From Acholeplasma sp. (lineage in GTDB: Bacteria; Bacillota_I; Bacilli_A; Acholeplasmatales; Acholeplasmataceae): a DNA stretch of 64,000 nucleotides. Location of the stretch: contig DUPY01000025.1 in the NCBI GenBank assembly GCA_012838065.1, positions 21,785 through 85,784 of the forward strand, written 5' to 3'. The translations under genes and the position numbers were made by a program. Shown here in pieces: positions 62,044-64,000 of this stretch; positions within the stretch are counted from its first letter, which is position 1; the number at the start of each line of letters is the position of its first letter. The notes under the pieces were generated by a model. That model saw nothing but the letters and a program-made list of their open reading frames with translations. It made no database searches and was not told where the DNA came from.

Positions 62044-63498
62044 TTAAAATATTAAATCCCAGAATTTTTTAAACAGATTAATAATTGATTTAATTCCATT
62101 TAAAACACTCTTTACAAATGCATGATCATCCCAACCAATAACTTTAATTAACACATAAAGTCCTACTAAGAAAATCATGGATAAAGCAAACAATACAAGT
62201 AAGTTCGCAAGAACCATGAAGAATCTTCCTACACTACGTTTTTCTCTTACCTTAGAGGCTACAACTGGTGCACTAGATGATTCTGCACTATGAGTTTTAG
62301 ATATTTTTTCTGGTTTGAAGGCATTTTGGCGAACTTTATTAAATTCTTTTCGAGTACCAACATATGTTGCAGTGTTGATAATATATGGTGTTTTGTCAAC
62401 AACTTCTTCTTCAACTGAAACAACCACTTCATCAATAACTTCATCTTCAATGACTTCTTCAACGACTGTTGGTTCAACAAGTGGTAAATCGTCTTCAATT
62501 ACAACTTCTTCAGTAATAATTTCTTCACTTACTGGTTCTACTTTAACCTCTTCTACGATTTCTTCTATTGGTTCTTCCTTTACTTCTTCGATAATCTCTT
62601 CTACAATCGGTTCTTCAATTTCCTCTAGGGCTTCACCAATTTCTTGAACTTCTAAATCATATGAAGCTTCACTGGATGGTTCGTAGTATGCTTCTTTTGT
62701 TTGATTTGCATTTGCAAGAACAAATTCAATAACTTCTTCTTTTTTAAGTTCAGTAGAAGCCTTAATATTATGGTCTTTTGCAAATCTTTGCATGATAATT
62801 ACAGACATATCTTTAATTTCTTTTTCAAGTTTATCTGTTAATTCACCACGGTCTTTCAACTCTCCTAAAATAATTTCAGCAAGTTGAGCTTTTTTAAGAC
62901 GTCTTGGAACGTCAACTTTATATTTTGATCCTAACTCACGGATTTCATTAACCGTAGAGCTTTTATATAATACTGGACGAATTTTTTCTAATGACTGGCC
63001 ATCGATGGTATTCGGTTCATCAAAGAAAATTGAATTAATTGTCTCATTGTATGTTTTTGTATGGTACAATTTATCATTTTCTTCAGAAAAAGCTAATTCA
63101 AACAATTGCTCTAAATCGATTTTTGAAATGCTCTTTTCAATCATGTAATCAATAAGTTTGATCCATAAAGTTTCATAATAGTTTAAATTAATTGTTTGTT
63201 TATCGTAAAAAATGAGCAGGTTTTCTAGTTGTAATTCTGTAAATTCATTAAACCAAGAGAGTCTATAGTTCAGTTCGTCTGCTAAAGTTCTGCGTTCATA
63301 ACGTGTTTTTTGAACTTGATCACGCAAAACATCCTTCAATACACCAATTCTTAGTGCACGAGGAAAGGTAAATCCAATTTTTGAAAAGAACTCCGTAACT
63401 TTTTTAGGGTCTAAATAAATGAGTTTATTTAAGACATCTACTAAAACATACTCTTTTTTTGAAGTAACAATAATACTTTCTTTAGTTAAGTTAGACAT
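62044..63498 (-). CDS. Tail-anchored protein with Rho_N/SAP-like helix-extension-helix motif(s) and an acidic E/V/I-rich repeat region
   Basis: STVNEIRELGSKYKVDVPRRLKKAQLAEIILGEL (aa 181-214) fits the Rho_N/HeH pattern, with a second weaker copy at aa 231-261. Residues 281-368 are an E/V/I low-complexity acidic tract. One C-terminal TM helix (aa 424-452). GGAGG RBS. Confidence 0.65.
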   Translation of the reverse strand: MSNLTKESIIVTSKKEYVLVDVLNKLIYLDPKKVTEFFSKIGFTFPRALRIGVLKDVLRDQVQKTRYERRTLADELNYRLSWFNEFTELQLENLLIFYDKQTINLNYYETLWIKLIDYMIEKSISKIDLEQLFELAFSEENDKLYHTKTYNETINSIFFDEPNTIDGQSLEKIRPVLYKSSTVNEIRELGSKYKVDVPRRLKKAQLAEIILGELKDRGELTDKLEKEIKDMSVIIMQRFAKDHNIKASTELKKEEVIEFVLANANQTKEAYYEPSSEASYDLEVQEIGEALEEIEEPIVEEIIEEVKEEPIEEIVEEVKVEPVSEEIITEEVVIEDDLPLVEPTVVEEVIEDEVIDEVVVSVEEEVVDKTPYIINTATYVGTRKEFNKVRQNAFKPEKISKTHSAESSSAPVVASKVREKRSVGRFFMVLANLLVLFALSMIFLVGLYVLIKVIGWDDHAFVKSVLNGIKSIINLFKKFWDLIF

Positions 63499-63610
63499 AG
63501 AATACCTCCATTTTTTTGGCCATTATATATATAATGATATATTTTTTTAGCATTTTTATCAAGGCTTTTCGAAATTATCCGATGTTTTTCTAAAAAAACA
63601 TCAAAAATAC

Positions 63611-63949
63611 TCATTTTATATCAACAAGATCTTCATTAATGCCATCTTCTAATGTTTGAACAACATATTGAATCATATCGTTTATTTGAAGTTGGAGCTG
63701 AAAATACTCAGCCAATAATGGATAAGATTCAATTTCTTCTATTTTTTCATTGTAGGCTTTTTCATAAGATTCAATTAAATGCGGTTTTTCAATCTTACGT
63801 GCGTTAATCATTTGTTTTTGAATTTGCTTCAACTCATTGATTTGACGTGTTAACTGTTTATTGTCGTTAATTATTTTTTCCAAAACTTGATACCGTTTTA
63901 CGGATTCATGATTTTTAATTTTCTCAAGAAATTGTTCCTTGTGTTTCAA
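63611..63949 (-). CDS. ymcA: YlbF/YmcA (RicA-like) family protein
   Basis: 112-aa helical protein with the Com_YlbF-like pattern (...IKNHESVKRYQVLEKIINDN...INELKQIQKQMINA...YPLLAEYFQLQLQINDMIQYV). Occupies the ymcA position upstream of mutSL, as in Bacillus. The TTG start and weak RBS leave the start uncertain. Confidence 0.65.
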   Translation of the reverse strand: MKHKEQFLEKIKNHESVKRYQVLEKIINDNKQLTRQINELKQIQKQMINARKIEKPHLIESYEKAYNEKIEEIESYPLLAEYFQLQLQINDMIQYVVQTLEDGINEDLVDIK

Positions 63950-64000
63950 AATATCACTTACTTTCTAAATGAATTGTCTTTATTATTTTTTTGTCAAGAT

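Noticed and set aside
62315-62647. 110-aa plus-strand Ser/Thr-rich ORF, together with the same-strand alternative-frame ORF at 62259-62498
   Set aside because: It mirrors the acidic E/V/I repeat tract of the 484-aa minus-strand gene: GAA/GAG-rich codons read as TTC/CTC-rich on the other strand. It has no start context. It is an artefact of low-complexity sequence.
1-64000. Mycoplasma/Spiroplasma genetic code (TGA = Trp)
   Set aside because: TGA terminates several well-supported genes exactly at ATGA/GTGA stop-start overlaps (1156, 4035, 5370, 12019, 42353). Conserved Trp positions are encoded by TGG. The standard code gives full-length proteins throughout.
1-64000. Mobile elements, prophage, CRISPR arrays, tRNA/rRNA genes and canonical defence systems (restriction-modification, CBASS, Abi islands, toxin-antitoxin pairs)
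   Set aside because: I read all intergenic regions longer than 90 nt (5988-6089, 7338-7448, 12388-12480, 15911-16004, 21781-21928, 27998-28232, 32678-32803, 34088-34218, 49437-49540, 49817-49929, 55079-55170, 63499-63610). They contain only promoters, terminators and one T-box. There are no direct-repeat arrays, no cloverleaf-like sequences, and no integrase, transposase or methylase ORFs.

Overview
Strongly AT-rich bacterial chromosome segment that uses the standard genetic code: TGA is a real stop in several ATGA stop/start overlaps, and Trp is TGG. I support 64 CDS, 59 of them on the minus strand, packed into long translationally coupled operons. I saw no rRNA, tRNA, CRISPR array, transposase, integrase or prophage genes. 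Most of the window is core housekeeping in Bacillus-type synteny blocks: ruvA-ruvB-queA; rplU-prp-rpmA-obg; radC; valS-folC behind a T-box leader; tig-lon-engB; rdgB-ysnB; hup; cmk-rpsA-der-gpsA; and ymcA-(X)-mutS-mutL-miaA-aroK-aroQ-efp. Salvage genes are also present (lipase, GDPD, choline-kinase fold, LplA, ECF S-component next to CoaX). Together these point to a low-GC Firmicutes/Mollicutes-lineage organism, Acholeplasma-like or Erysipelotrichia-like; I cannot resolve this without a database search. There is no canonical defence island. The parts worth a second look are lineage-specific inserts into the conserved backbone. (1) A translationally coupled pair at 41304-45355: a 1000-aa TPR/GAF/PAS-like protein with catalytically dead GGDEF and EAL domains, plus a 350-aa partner with a HEPN-type R-N-x4-H motif. 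This is my best candidate for an undescribed system. (2) A four-gene module at 3352-5987: signal-peptide protein, membrane-anchored protein and a minimal ABC pump, followed by an LtaS-family gene and a small tandem-motif membrane protein. (3) A monocistronic 1178-aa coiled-coil protein. (4) A membrane-anchored PTS EIIB-like domain with Glu in place of the phospho-Cys, coupled to HPr. (5) A tail-anchored Rho_N/HeH protein with an acidic repeat, sitting in the cotE position upstream of mutS. (6) A seven-repeat ankyrin protein. All domain calls come from reading motif strings by eye. No profile, structure or database search was run.
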